This document shows, one piece after another, positions 38,732-48,646 of a DNA stretch of 64,000 nt. The position numbers and the translations under genes are program-made. Below the pieces are notes generated by a model that did no database searches, was not told the origin of the DNA, and saw nothing but the letters and a program-made list of their open reading frames with translations. Source of the stretch: Candidatus Omnitrophota bacterium (GTDB lineage: Bacteria; Omnitrophota; Gorgyraeia; Zapsychrales; JBDRMG01); contig JBDRMG010000016.1 of the NCBI GenBank assembly GCA_043812495.1, positions 2,137-66,136 on the forward strand. The letters run 5' to 3'. Position 1 is the first letter of the stretch. Each line of letters opens with the position of its first letter.

Positions 38732-39007
38732 AATATTTTTAATAAGTAAATTTGTTAAGAAAAGTATACCATGATATTGATCGAGAAAGGGTTCAATGGG
38801 GCGTTTTTGAGAAAACGCTTTCTTATTTTTTATCGACGGAAAATAGCAGAATTATTAATAATGGACCGAAGAAGGGGATATTTATTGCGGATTTCTTGGG
38901 ATAAGGGCATCCCAAATGGGCTGGTTAGGATTTACACTTGTCCGCATTGTGGGCAGCTCAGTTTTCTGGTTTTCCTATAAGGAAATATTAAATTGTATTT
39001 ACTCTAT

Positions 39008-39089
39008 CCCCGCCCGCCATTGATTCGGTGGCGGGCGGGGTCAATTCGCACTGATCAGTTACGTTCCCTACAGTCACGTAACTGATGTG
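39008..39089 (-). terminator. Tandem GC-rich hairpins downstream of the DUF4143 ATPase gene
   Basis: CCCCGCCCGCCA/ttgattcgg/TGGCGGGCGGGG, then ATCAGTTACGT/tccctacagtc/ACGTAACTGAT. Confidence 0.5.
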
Positions 39090-39105
39090 CTCATTGATTT
39101 GTTTT

Positions 39106-40269
39106 TTATATAACCTTATCTGCCCATAGGCGGTTTAAGAAATTTTCCCAGGGCCATATGTCCATCTTGTTGTGAAGTCTTTTTTCTTTTTCGTTGCAAA
39201 CCACGATACTTTTTGAGGGTGAAAAAATTTCCCTAAAGGCATTTAACCCACGCAAATCTTTTCTTCCGATGCGGCTAGAGCCTTTGACTTCAACGGCCGC
39301 TTCTCCTTTTCCAAGCACAAAATCGACTTCCATGCCTGTCTTGGTTCTCCAGAAATGAATGTCAAAGTTCTTATTGCTGTAGGAGCGATAGGCAACGATT
39401 TCCATCAAGATAAAGTGTTCAAAGGCCCTTCCAAAGTCGCTGCCCCGGGTCTGGGCCACATGCCTTTTTGTCAAATACCCCGCGACACCCACATCAAACA
39501 GATAGTATTTCGGGGTCTTTGTGATCACCTGCCGCGATTGTCTTTTGCGAAAGGGCTCAAGGCGGATAGCCAGCAATGTATCGATAAGGATTTGATAATA
39601 TTCTTTGACTGTCTTGGAATCAACGGCGCATTCGCGGGCAATGTTGGAATAATTTGTCAGTTCTCCGTGGGAGTAAGCAAAAGCATCAAAAAATCTTGAA
39701 AACGCCGGTATATTGCGCGTCAAACCCTCGGCAAAAATTTCTTCACGCAAATAATCCTGAACATAGGCCTTTAGCGATCTTTGCGCCTCTTCTTTATTCT
39801 GCAAATAATGAATCGGAATCATCCCCTGATTTAATGCACGCAAAAGGTCGACTTTCATTAATTCCCGGCTCACAAAGGGAAACAATTCGTACCGCCAGGC
39901 CCTGCCGCCCAAGAGGTTGGCATGGCCTCTTTTTAACTTTCGCGCACTTGAACCGCAGAGGATGAACCTCAATCCTTTATTTTCTATCAACCAATGTATT
40001 TCATCCAGAACCTGCGGAATCTTCTGGACTTCATCAATAATGATGGGTTTCTTGAAAAAGGAATCCTCTTGGGCAAGAATACGCTCACGCAATAGCGCCG
40101 GATTCTTGGATATTTCCATAAATAAATCCGTTTTCAGAAAATCATAAACAAGGCTGTCTGGAAACCTCTCTTTTAAGAAAGTGGTTTTGCCGGTTTTCCG
40201 GGCGCCCCAAAGAAACGCCGATTGCCCCCGGGAAAGCTTCAAATCCAATATTCTTGGTATCCTTCTCAT
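39106..40269 (-). CDS. AAA-superfamily ATPase of the DUF4143/COG1373 type
   Basis: Walker A GARKTGKTT, Walker B IIIDEV and a C-terminal DUF4143-like region (WRTKTGMEVDFVL), 387 aa. Confidence 0.7.
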   Translation of the reverse strand: MRRIPRILDLKLSRGQSAFLWGARKTGKTTFLKERFPDSLVYDFLKTDLFMEISKNPALLRERILAQEDSFFKKPIIIDEVQKIPQVLDEIHWLIENKGLRFILCGSSARKLKRGHANLLGGRAWRYELFPFVSRELMKVDLLRALNQGMIPIHYLQNKEEAQRSLKAYVQDYLREEIFAEGLTRNIPAFSRFFDAFAYSHGELTNYSNIARECAVDSKTVKEYYQILIDTLLAIRLEPFRKRQSRQVITKTPKYYLFDVGVAGYLTKRHVAQTRGSDFGRAFEHFILMEIVAYRSYSNKNFDIHFWRTKTGMEVDFVLGKGEAAVEVKGSSRIGRKDLRGLNAFREIFSPSKSIVVCNEKEKRLHNKMDIWPWENFLNRLWADKVI

Positions 40270-40435
40270 TCTGAATGTCCTCCGAAATAGTCTAACTATT
40301 TAGGAGTATACTCCATATTGGTATTTTTGTCAAATTTTGTTTTTTGGGGGTTTGGGGACATGCTTTGGCTAGCCTTTAACCTTCGGGAAAAATCGGCCCA
40401 ACGATTCCAGTAAGGATGAACATCAGAATCAGGAT

Positions 40436-41503
40436 TTAAGCCTCTGATTTGGATCTTTCAGGAAGGGAAATTAAGGATTCCACGGCCCGGAAGACCTCTC
40501 GCGCTTCAATTGCCTGAAGACACGAGAGGCAGGATTCCTCATCGCTTTGCGCGCATTCTTCGCACCCCTGGTCACGGTGGATCGCAAAAGCCTTTTGGCC
40601 TAAAGGACGCCAGCGCGTATGACTGATACCACCGCTTCTATGGCCAAATATGGAAATCACAGGGGTGCCTACGGCGCTCGCAATATGCACAGGACCCGAA
40701 TCATTGGAAATGAGCAAGCAGCTTTGACGTAAAAGACAAACCAGTTGACCCACGGTCGTTAGGGCTACGGCATCCATAAAGGGCCACCGGCATGAGGACT
40801 TGATCGCATCAGCGATTTCCTGGGTCTCCAACCCTCCTATGAGCATCATGCGGACAGAATATTTTTCTCGGATAAGACCAATCAATTCCGCGAACTTTTC
40901 AGGCGGCCAGCGTTTGGTTTCGTCGCTGCCACCTGGATGGATGGCGATAAAAAGATCCTGGCCTTTAATATTATGCTCAACGAGAAATTGCTTTACCCAC
41001 ATTTCGTTTCGTGTTTTGATGGGAACATGGAGATTCATATAATTGGTGGCCTTAATGCCCAGCGCCTCGAGTAAATCAAGACAATACTGCGCTTCGTGCT
41101 TTGTCCCTAAAGGACGGTCGTCTTGAATCTTTTTCGTCAACAAAAAACCGAATTTGTTGTTGTGATATCCGACTCTTTCCGGAATCCCGGCCAAGAAGCA
41201 AATCAAATTGGTCCTTTTTTTCGTGTGATAGACAATCGCACAATCAAATTTTTTCTTTCTTAAGGCAAAAATAAATTTCCAGAAACGGATGGGTCCTTTG
41301 TCTTTTTCCTGGCGATCATACACAATCACTTCATCAAGATAAGGATTTCCGTCAACCAGTTCCACCGTCGCGGGTGTGACCATAAGTGAAATTTTTGACT
41401 TTGGATAGGCTTGGCGAAGATACGCCAAGGCCGGTGTTGTGAGGATCACATCCCCGATTCTGTCGGTGCGTACAACGAGGATATTTTTCAAAGGCTTAAT
41501 CAT
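40436..41503 (-). CDS. Glycosyltransferase family 9 (LPS heptosyltransferase)
   Basis: N-terminus ILVVRTDRIGDVILTTPAL and a C-terminal GT9 motif (ISNDSGPVHIASAVGTP), 355 aa. Confidence 0.85.
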   Translation of the reverse strand: MIKPLKNILVVRTDRIGDVILTTPALAYLRQAYPKSKISLMVTPATVELVDGNPYLDEVIVYDRQEKDKGPIRFWKFIFALRKKKFDCAIVYHTKKRTNLICFLAGIPERVGYHNNKFGFLLTKKIQDDRPLGTKHEAQYCLDLLEALGIKATNYMNLHVPIKTRNEMWVKQFLVEHNIKGQDLFIAIHPGGSDETKRWPPEKFAELIGLIREKYSVRMMLIGGLETQEIADAIKSSCRWPFMDAVALTTVGQLVCLLRQSCLLISNDSGPVHIASAVGTPVISIFGHRSGGISHTRWRPLGQKAFAIHRDQGCEECAQSDEESCLSCLQAIEAREVFRAVESLISLPERSKSEA

Positions 41504-41509
41504 GAATTT

Positions 41510-42499
41510 TTATTTCAAAAGTGAATGGATTTCAATGACATGAACGATATCGTCCAGCGTAATCTGCGCCATGCAGGTATGCTGGTCATTTTTTTTGGGA
41601 CGCTCGCAAGCCGGGCAATTCTCATTTTTTCTTACGGCAAAACTTTGCGCACTCCATGGTCCGTAAGTACCCGGATCCGTCGGGCCAAACAAAGCCACAA
41701 TAGGCCGGTCCAGATAGCTGGCCAAATGCATCACCGCGCTATCATTGGCCACCACAAGGCAGCATCGCTTAAGAAGCGCTGCCAGTTGAATAAGCGTCGT
41801 TTGGCCGCATAAATTTATGCACGGATTTTTCATCTTTTTGATGACGGCGTTTGTGGTTTTCTCATCCGCTTGATCCCCCACAAAAATAACCTTCACTTGA
41901 TAGCGTCCCGTGATTTCATCCGCCAGGCCCGCAAAACCATCCGGCGCCCATCTTTTCTTTTCATCCGCGGCTCCGGCGTTGATCACGACAAATCGTTTTT
42001 CTGCCCCCAGCTTCGCCTGGATCATGCGATCCGCGGAATCGCTAATGTCTTTGGGAACAGAAAAAACGTATGAGTGATCAGCTTCTTGAGGAAAATCATA
42101 AACGGTTTTTAATTGTTTGAGGTGCTTGCTTTTCCTGTGCAGCCCTTTGGGTCCGGCCACAAAGAAAGATGTTCGGTATTTTGATCCAATCAAGAAAGGA
42201 ATGGCAGTATTGCGCAAATCAACCGCTAAATCAAATTTTTCTTTTCTCAAATTCAAAATCCATCTCAGCTTATAGGAAATCGACCCGTATTTGTCAAATG
42301 TATAGGCGCGAACAATCGCAGGATTGTCGTTGACTAGCGCCAAGGCCTTGGGCCCGACGATCACGGATAATTTAGCCAAGGGAAAGTTTTCCTTGAGAAT
42401 ATCCATGACGGGAAACGTCAAGATGACATCCCCCAAATTGCTCAGAGAAATGACAAGGATTTTCTCGACGTCAGATTTTTTTAAACGCTTCGCATACAT
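41510..42499 (-). CDS. Glycosyltransferase family 9 (LPS heptosyltransferase)
   Basis: ILVISLSNLGDVILTFP and ANDSAVMHLASYLDRP motifs, 329 aa. Confidence 0.85.
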   Translation of the reverse strand: MYAKRLKKSDVEKILVISLSNLGDVILTFPVMDILKENFPLAKLSVIVGPKALALVNDNPAIVRAYTFDKYGSISYKLRWILNLRKEKFDLAVDLRNTAIPFLIGSKYRTSFFVAGPKGLHRKSKHLKQLKTVYDFPQEADHSYVFSVPKDISDSADRMIQAKLGAEKRFVVINAGAADEKKRWAPDGFAGLADEITGRYQVKVIFVGDQADEKTTNAVIKKMKNPCINLCGQTTLIQLAALLKRCCLVVANDSAVMHLASYLDRPIVALFGPTDPGTYGPWSAQSFAVRKNENCPACERPKKNDQHTCMAQITLDDIVHVIEIHSLLK

Positions 42500-43520
42500 C
42501 GTTCACCGTAATCGATTTCATACAGGAATTATCCGGACATACCAGATGGTAACAAGCCGCGCGATTGCAGCCAATATCATTCTGCAAAATTTCACAGGTT
42601 GCTTTTCCCCTGGGACCTGTGATTTCGGATCGCGTGGGACCAAAAAGGGCAATGGACTTCGTCCCAACACTATTAGCGATATGCAAAGGACCGCTATCAT
42701 TAGAAATAACGCAAAAGGCCTGTTGCATCAAGGCGGCTAATTGTTTTAAATTTGTTCGGCCGGCCAAAAGAACCGGTCGGTTGCTGCAAAAATCCGCAAC
42801 TCTCTTGATCAAATCTTCATCCTTGGCGCTTGCGATCAAGACAACCCGAACATCCCTTTCTTTCTGCAGTCGGTCGATCAGCAAGGCAAAGTTCTTCTCA
42901 GGCCAACGTTTTAGATTCCAATTGCCGCCGACGTGAATCACAACAAAACGCTCATGAGCATCCATATGATTTTCTTTTAAAAGCTGTTCGATGTAATGCT
43001 GATCTTCTTCTGTTGTCTTGATAGCGCAAGTTCGGTCCTGCGCTTGTACGCCGAAGGACTCAATCACGCGAAGATAATAGTCCGCGCGATGCAACGGCTC
43101 CTTTGCGGACTGAACTTTATGCGTCAGAAGAATGCCTCTTTTCTTGGCCTCATAACCGACGCGCACGGGAATTCCCGCCAAGTAAACCAAGAGAGCGCGC
43201 GTCCAGGAGCGATGCAGAAGAAAACAGGCATCAAATTTCTTCTTGCGTAATTCAAGAATAAGACCAAGCTTCGTCCAGGGATGAATGTGCCGGCCTTTCT
43301 CATCGTAAAGAATGATATCGTCCACGTCCGGAATCATCTCTAATATTTCTTTGACGCGCGGAACCGCCATGCAGGATATGCGCGCCTGAGGATAAGCCGT
43401 TTTGAGGGCCTTAAAAATGGGGGATGAAAAGATCACATCACCGACCCAATTGACATTCACCACAAGAATATTATTCATGTTCGCCCATGGCCTTTTGGTA
43501 GCAAGCGATTGTTTTTTCAA
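42471..43520 (-). CDS. Glycosyltransferase family 9 (LPS heptosyltransferase). The true start may be the internal MNNILVV at 43478.
   Basis: ILVVNVNWVGDVIFSSP and SNDSGPLHIANSVGT motifs. Confidence 0.82.
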   Translation of the reverse strand: MKKQSLATKRPWANMNNILVVNVNWVGDVIFSSPIFKALKTAYPQARISCMAVPRVKEILEMIPDVDDIILYDEKGRHIHPWTKLGLILELRKKKFDACFLLHRSWTRALLVYLAGIPVRVGYEAKKRGILLTHKVQSAKEPLHRADYYLRVIESFGVQAQDRTCAIKTTEEDQHYIEQLLKENHMDAHERFVVIHVGGNWNLKRWPEKNFALLIDRLQKERDVRVVLIASAKDEDLIKRVADFCSNRPVLLAGRTNLKQLAALMQQAFCVISNDSGPLHIANSVGTKSIALFGPTRSEITGPRGKATCEILQNDIGCNRAACYHLVCPDNSCMKSITVNDVCEAFKKI

Positions 43521-44574
43521 CCATCTTTTCCGCGGAGAATTCTTTCTGAATAAAAAGCCGCGCTGATTCTCCTATTTTCTTGGCCCTGATGGGGTCTTTC
43601 AATAGAGCGATGACGGCCCGGCCAAGCTCCTTGGGATCTTTGCTTGAAACCAAAACACCTGTTTCATTGTCCTGGATGAGGCTCGGAATACCGCCCACTC
43701 TTGAGGCCACAACGGGTAAACCCACCGCTTGCGCCTCCATCACCGAAAGGCCTAAACCTTCTTGGATTGACGGCATAACAAAAATATCAAAAATTGGTAA
43801 GATCCAGGCCGTTTTATTGACGATAGGATAAAAAGAAATGTTCTGCGCCAAGCCCAGCTCTTTGGTCATTTGCTTTAATAAGTCTTCTCTTTTCCCTTCA
43901 CCAATAATCATCAAGCGTGCCTGAGGAATTTCTTGCACAATATGCTTCATGGCCGAAATCAATATGTCATGGCCCTTGACATCGGATAACCTGGCGATGA
44001 TTCCAATCACGGGGCCTTGATCCAGATGAAATTCTTTCCGCCTATCTTCTTTCGTCTTTTCATCAATGAGGCGAAACTCATCTAGATCAATTCCGTTGGG
44101 AATAAGGTCAATTTTGTCTTTCGGAACGTGAAAATCCTTTTCAAGATGACGTCGCACGGCCTCACTGATGGCAATAGTCCGGTTGCCCCAGCAGGGAAAT
44201 ATTTTTCTGGATAAACGGGGTTTAAAAAAACCGTGGCATGTGCAGACACAGGGTTTTTGAGACATTTTCTGAAGAAAAAAGCCTATAACTTGCGTCACGC
44301 GCGTATGCGCATGAATAATGTCAATCTTTTCGTTTCGTATAAGCTCTCTGAGCTTTTTTAAAGACAGATAAAGTCTTGGATTTAATTCGGATTTTGTGCG
44401 AAGCGCGAATGTCTGATGCCTAGCGCCCATCGCTATCAAATCATTGACTCGGTCACCGCCGCTCGAGACAACAATCACGCGATGCCCTCTCGATAAAAGA
44501 CTTTTTGTGAGCGTGAGAATATAACTCGCAATTCCGCCTGTATGGCAATGAGTCGACAGAATAAGAATGTTCAT
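43471..44574 (-). CDS. Glycosyltransferase family 4
   Basis: GT-B fold with a C-terminal EGLGLSVMEAQAVGLPVVAS motif, 367 aa. Confidence 0.85.
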   Translation of the reverse strand: MNILILSTHCHTGGIASYILTLTKSLLSRGHRVIVVSSGGDRVNDLIAMGARHQTFALRTKSELNPRLYLSLKKLRELIRNEKIDIIHAHTRVTQVIGFFLQKMSQKPCVCTCHGFFKPRLSRKIFPCWGNRTIAISEAVRRHLEKDFHVPKDKIDLIPNGIDLDEFRLIDEKTKEDRRKEFHLDQGPVIGIIARLSDVKGHDILISAMKHIVQEIPQARLMIIGEGKREDLLKQMTKELGLAQNISFYPIVNKTAWILPIFDIFVMPSIQEGLGLSVMEAQAVGLPVVASRVGGIPSLIQDNETGVLVSSKDPKELGRAVIALLKDPIRAKKIGESARLFIQKEFSAEKMVEKTIACYQKAMGEHE

Positions 44575-46673
44575 CTTTTCATCTTTACTAATTTCAAAAC
44601 TTCATCAGCCACTTCTTCGGGCTTAATTTCTTCCATGCACAAACGGCTGGGCATCCGGCACATCGGACTGTAGCAAGGGCTGCATTTGATTTCCTTCTTA
44701 AAAATAATAGGATTCTCGCAGGGCGGCGCATGCCTTAAGGGGTTTGTCGGCCCAAATAGGGCAATAAAAGGAGTGTGCATGGCTGCGGCGATATGCATGG
44801 GCGCCGAATCCGGCGTAATGAATACCTTGCATTTTCTAATGAGGACCGCCAACTGTAAAATATCTGTTTTCCCGACCAGGATCGCAGGCTTGGACTTTGT
44901 TCTGTTGAGCAATTCCCTTGCTCTTTCTTTGTCCTGTTCAACGCCGGTAACAACAATGCGCAAATTCTTTTGAGAAAGAATATCGCATAACCGGGCCACA
45001 TGATCCAGAGGCCAGTTTTTGGATATCCATTTATCGGAAGCCGCCAGATGAATACCGATTATATTTTTTTCATGCCCCATCCATTCGGAATCCAAAAGAT
45101 TCCTAACGAACTCTTCGTCTTCGATCGATGGCCATAGTTCCAAAGAAAGGTTGCCCTCATATTCAATGCCCAACATCTTCAGCACCTGAAATTGATGCTC
45201 GACGGGCGGCAAAAACGGATGTTCGTTCTTGATCCGCCGCGAAAGAAGAAAACTTCCCTTGCCGTTATCGTATCCGTAACTGTTTCTCGCAAAACTCAAG
45301 AATGCCAGCATATGACTCCTGCGATTATTCTGCAAATCTATCACCTTGTCGAACCTGAATCTGCGCAATTGACGGGAGAAGCGAAACAGCCTCCAGGCGC
45401 CCCGGTCATTTTCTTGGGGATCGATCACGATGAATCCGTTGATATAAGGACAGCGCTTGAGGACAGGGCTGGCTTCTTTTCCGACCAGGCAATAGATCAG
45501 GGCCTGCGGATATCTTCGACGCAATGCTCTCAAGGAAGGAATGACCAAAACAACGTCGCCGATCGAGCTGATTTTAATCACCAAAATATTCAAAGAATCG
45601 AGCAATTCTTTATACACCTCCAGAGTCTTACTGGCCATATGCTCAAGCGTATATTTTAATTCAATTTTCTTGCGGGCCTCCGTGACTAAGCTTTGAGCCA
45701 ACCGCCTGTCTTTCAAGACTCTCATCACGGCTTGGGCCATGGCATCCGTGTCTTTCGGTAACACCAAAAGGCCTGTTTGTTCATCATCAATAATTTCAAT
45801 CACGCCACCCACTTTCGTTGCCACCACAGGAACGCCGGCGGCCTGGGCCTCAACCACAACACGGCCAAAGGATTCCGGTTCTATGCTTGAGAGGACCAGA
45901 ACATCAATACGCGAAAGAAGCGCGGGGACGTCTTTTCGATTTCCCAAAAATTCAACGTAATCATGAAGCCCCAATCGTTTGATGAGAATCTGGAGCTCCT
46001 GCTTATAGGATTGTTTGCTCGCGGGCGCATCTCCGATCATCCAAATCTTGACATAGGGCATCGAGCGAACGACCTTGGCCATCGCTTTCAGGAAATACGC
46101 ATGTCCTTTAAGCGGCGTCATGCGGCCGATAATGGCGACCACTCTGTCTGCCTTCCCTGTTTTCTCTTCATGCGGTTTACTAAACCGCTTGAGGTCAACA
46201 CTGCGGGGAATCAGGCGGATGCTTTCTTGGCGGACACCAAAATCATCGATCATGTGCCGGCCGATCACTTCGCTCGGGACAATCACAAGCTTGGATGAGC
46301 CCATGACGCGGCTAAAGAGATGCTTTCCGTAATACCCATGGCACGTCGTGATAAAGGCCGTATCGGTCTTATGACAGGCAAAAAAAGCGATCCATGCCGG
46401 AACGCGGCTGCGCGCATGAACAATATCTACCTTTTCATCCATAATGATCTTTTCTAATTTCTTGATGGAGGAGATGATAGAAAATAAATTTTTCCGATGT
46501 GCAGGAAGTTTGTAATGTTTGACGCCGGCCGCTTCGATATCTGCTACAAGGTCTCCGCCGCTGGAAACAACAACCGCTTCATGACCGTGTTGAATTAAGT
46601 ATTTGGCAAAATCCACCGTGCCGGTTTCGACGCCGCCGACTTTGAGCTCGGGAAGTATTTGCAGAACTTTCAT
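44571..46673 (-). CDS. Bifunctional GT4-GT9 glycosyltransferase fusion
   Basis: The N-terminal ~350 aa are GT4 (ESFGRVVVEAQAAGVPVVAT). The C-terminal ~350 aa are a GT9 heptosyltransferase (ILVIKISSIGDVVLVIPSL ... TPDSAPMHIAAAMHTP). Total 700 aa. Confidence 0.8.
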   Translation of the reverse strand: MKVLQILPELKVGGVETGTVDFAKYLIQHGHEAVVVSSGGDLVADIEAAGVKHYKLPAHRKNLFSIISSIKKLEKIIMDEKVDIVHARSRVPAWIAFFACHKTDTAFITTCHGYYGKHLFSRVMGSSKLVIVPSEVIGRHMIDDFGVRQESIRLIPRSVDLKRFSKPHEEKTGKADRVVAIIGRMTPLKGHAYFLKAMAKVVRSMPYVKIWMIGDAPASKQSYKQELQILIKRLGLHDYVEFLGNRKDVPALLSRIDVLVLSSIEPESFGRVVVEAQAAGVPVVATKVGGVIEIIDDEQTGLLVLPKDTDAMAQAVMRVLKDRRLAQSLVTEARKKIELKYTLEHMASKTLEVYKELLDSLNILVIKISSIGDVVLVIPSLRALRRRYPQALIYCLVGKEASPVLKRCPYINGFIVIDPQENDRGAWRLFRFSRQLRRFRFDKVIDLQNNRRSHMLAFLSFARNSYGYDNGKGSFLLSRRIKNEHPFLPPVEHQFQVLKMLGIEYEGNLSLELWPSIEDEEFVRNLLDSEWMGHEKNIIGIHLAASDKWISKNWPLDHVARLCDILSQKNLRIVVTGVEQDKERARELLNRTKSKPAILVGKTDILQLAVLIRKCKVFITPDSAPMHIAAAMHTPFIALFGPTNPLRHAPPCENPIIFKKEIKCSPCYSPMCRMPSRLCMEEIKPEEVADEVLKLVKMKR

Positions 46674-48646
46674 ATGATTTTTTTAATGGCTTCCAGGATG
46701 GTCGGATTGTCGTCTAAGGGTTTTGTTTTGATGGCCTGATTGGCTAACTGATCAATATGTTCCGCCAAATGATTTTCGTCGCTTGCGACAACATGCCCCT
46801 GGGCATGCAATTGCTCAACAAAAATTCTATGTTTATTGCGACGCGTTTCGGCTTCCTTCTGTTTAGGTAAATACACAATGGTACCTTTCTTTGAGCAGGC
46901 GGCTTCGCTGATCATAGAAATACTGTCCGCTGTGACTACAATCAAATCAGACAACCCCAGAATCCCGCCGATAACTTCCGGAAAATTCTGTTTATTGGCA
47001 ATTACCAAAAGTACGCACAGAGGAAAACCCTTAAGTTCATTCTCAAGGATATCCCCAATCGCCGCGGGAGTCCTGCGAGAGGTTGTCACCAAAATTTCTG
47101 CGTTAAGTTTTTTAGCAACTTCCTTGATTTGTGAAATAACAAGACGGGCCTGCGTTTCATCAAAAGGATTGTTTTTTCCCGCCCCACCCAATAGAATGCC
47201 GATTTTACATCGATCGTTTTTTTTGATATGGGGAAATCGCTTCATCAGGGCAAGCGACTGAGATTCCAAATACGCCTGATCGATAAGATTGGGCGCGCCT
47301 TCTGTAATAATAATTTTTCCTTTTGTTTTACGATGGGCCTGGCGGTCATGCTGCGGCAGAATCACAAGGTTGAATTTGTCAAACCCCAGAAGACCCGGGG
47401 TAAGAATCGCAATGCTTTTAGCGCGACAATCGCTGGATAAAAGAAAATTCGCGCCGGCTCCGGCCGACCCGCAGGACACAACATAATCGGCTTTGATACT
47501 GGAAATCTTACGGTAGGACTCTTTGGTCAAAAACCATTTAAAATACCTCATCCGCCCCTGGCAAAAACGCGCATTAGCGAGGAAGCTCAAGAGCGCAAGG
47601 ACTTTGGTCGAAAAGGCATTTTTAAAATGGATATCGACAATCTGTGTTTCGGAATGGATGCCCCGCTCAGCTAAGGCGGCATCAATCATCTTGGCCACGG
47701 CCTGGGATTGGCGAAGATGCCCGACTTTTCCGTCATGGATAATCACCGTAGCCGATTCTTTGGAATATTTCCAAATCTTGTAAAACCAGACATATTGATC
47801 GGGATATTTTTCGATATAAGACTCCATAAGTTTCACAACTTTTTCAAGATTCCCAGCAACATCTTGCTCGGTATTCCCGGTTTTGATGAGCTCGAAAGCT
47901 GGATGAATGACGAGCCGATGACGATAATCAGGGCCTTTTTCGCGAATGATAATCGCAAAACAAACAGGGGTCCCAAATTTTAAAGCCAAACGAATCGCCC
48001 CCACGCTCATGGAGGCCTCCCGGCCGAAGAATTTTACCAAAACGCCGTCTTTTCCGCCTTGATCAGCCACCATGCCGATGATTTCATTTTTGCGCAAAGA
48101 TTCAATGATTTCCCGCGTTCCTGAGCCGCGTGAAATGATAACGGACCCGGCGCATTCCCGGTAAGAATTTAAAATTTCGTCCAGTTTGGTATGTCGTTTC
48201 TGGGGCTTGACCACAACCCTGTAGGGATGTTGGGCCATATGGGACATGAGGCTCGAAATCTCCCAGCTGCCAAAATGCGGCGGCAGGAGAATCAGGCCTT
48301 TGCCTTCTTTTAAAGCAGCATCGATATGTTCTTTTCCTTCTAATCGAACGTACTTTTCAGGCCCTTCTTTGAGAATCAAAGGCAAGCGCAGCAATTCGAC
48401 CACATTCATGCCAAAATTCTGGAACAACCGCTTAACGATACATTTAATTTCACTCGGCTTTTTGGTTTTGGCAAAGGCGATTTTCAGGTTGGCGTAAGCC
48501 AGGGATTTGTGTTTGGCATCGAAATAATAACCGAGGATACCCATGGCGCGGCCAAAACTAAGCGCCATGCTGAGCGGAAGACGACGGATAATAATGCCGA
48601 AAAATCTAACGATGTAATAGATCAGAGATTCGGTTAAAGAATTCAT
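46670..48646 (-). CDS. Lipid A acyltransferase (LpxL/HtrB family) fused to an ELM1/GtrOC1-family putative glycosyltransferase domain
   Basis: The N-terminal ~300 aa are an LpxL-like acyltransferase (PPHFGSWE). The C-terminal ~350 aa carry ELM1 motifs HDGKVGHLRQSQAVA, ILLGG and VTTSRRTP. Total 658 aa. Confidence 0.75.
   Translation of the reverse strand: MNSLTESLIYYIVRFFGIIIRRLPLSMALSFGRAMGILGYYFDAKHKSLAYANLKIAFAKTKKPSEIKCIVKRLFQNFGMNVVELLRLPLILKEGPEKYVRLEGKEHIDAALKEGKGLILLPPHFGSWEISSLMSHMAQHPYRVVVKPQKRHTKLDEILNSYRECAGSVIISRGSGTREIIESLRKNEIIGMVADQGGKDGVLVKFFGREASMSVGAIRLALKFGTPVCFAIIIREKGPDYRHRLVIHPAFELIKTGNTEQDVAGNLEKVVKLMESYIEKYPDQYVWFYKIWKYSKESATVIIHDGKVGHLRQSQAVAKMIDAALAERGIHSETQIVDIHFKNAFSTKVLALLSFLANARFCQGRMRYFKWFLTKESYRKISSIKADYVVSCGSAGAGANFLLSSDCRAKSIAILTPGLLGFDKFNLVILPQHDRQAHRKTKGKIIITEGAPNLIDQAYLESQSLALMKRFPHIKKNDRCKIGILLGGAGKNNPFDETQARLVISQIKEVAKKLNAEILVTTSRRTPAAIGDILENELKGFPLCVLLVIANKQNFPEVIGGILGLSDLIVVTADSISMISEAACSKKGTIVYLPKQKEAETRRNKHRIFVEQLHAQGHVVASDENHLAEHIDQLANQAIKTKPLDDNPTILEAIKKII

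Noticed and set aside
38732-39007. Promoter for the giant gene
   Set aside because: The region is AT-rich, but I could not find a convincing -35/-10 pair or a Shine-Dalgarno sequence before the ATG at 38731. Expression signals remain unassigned.
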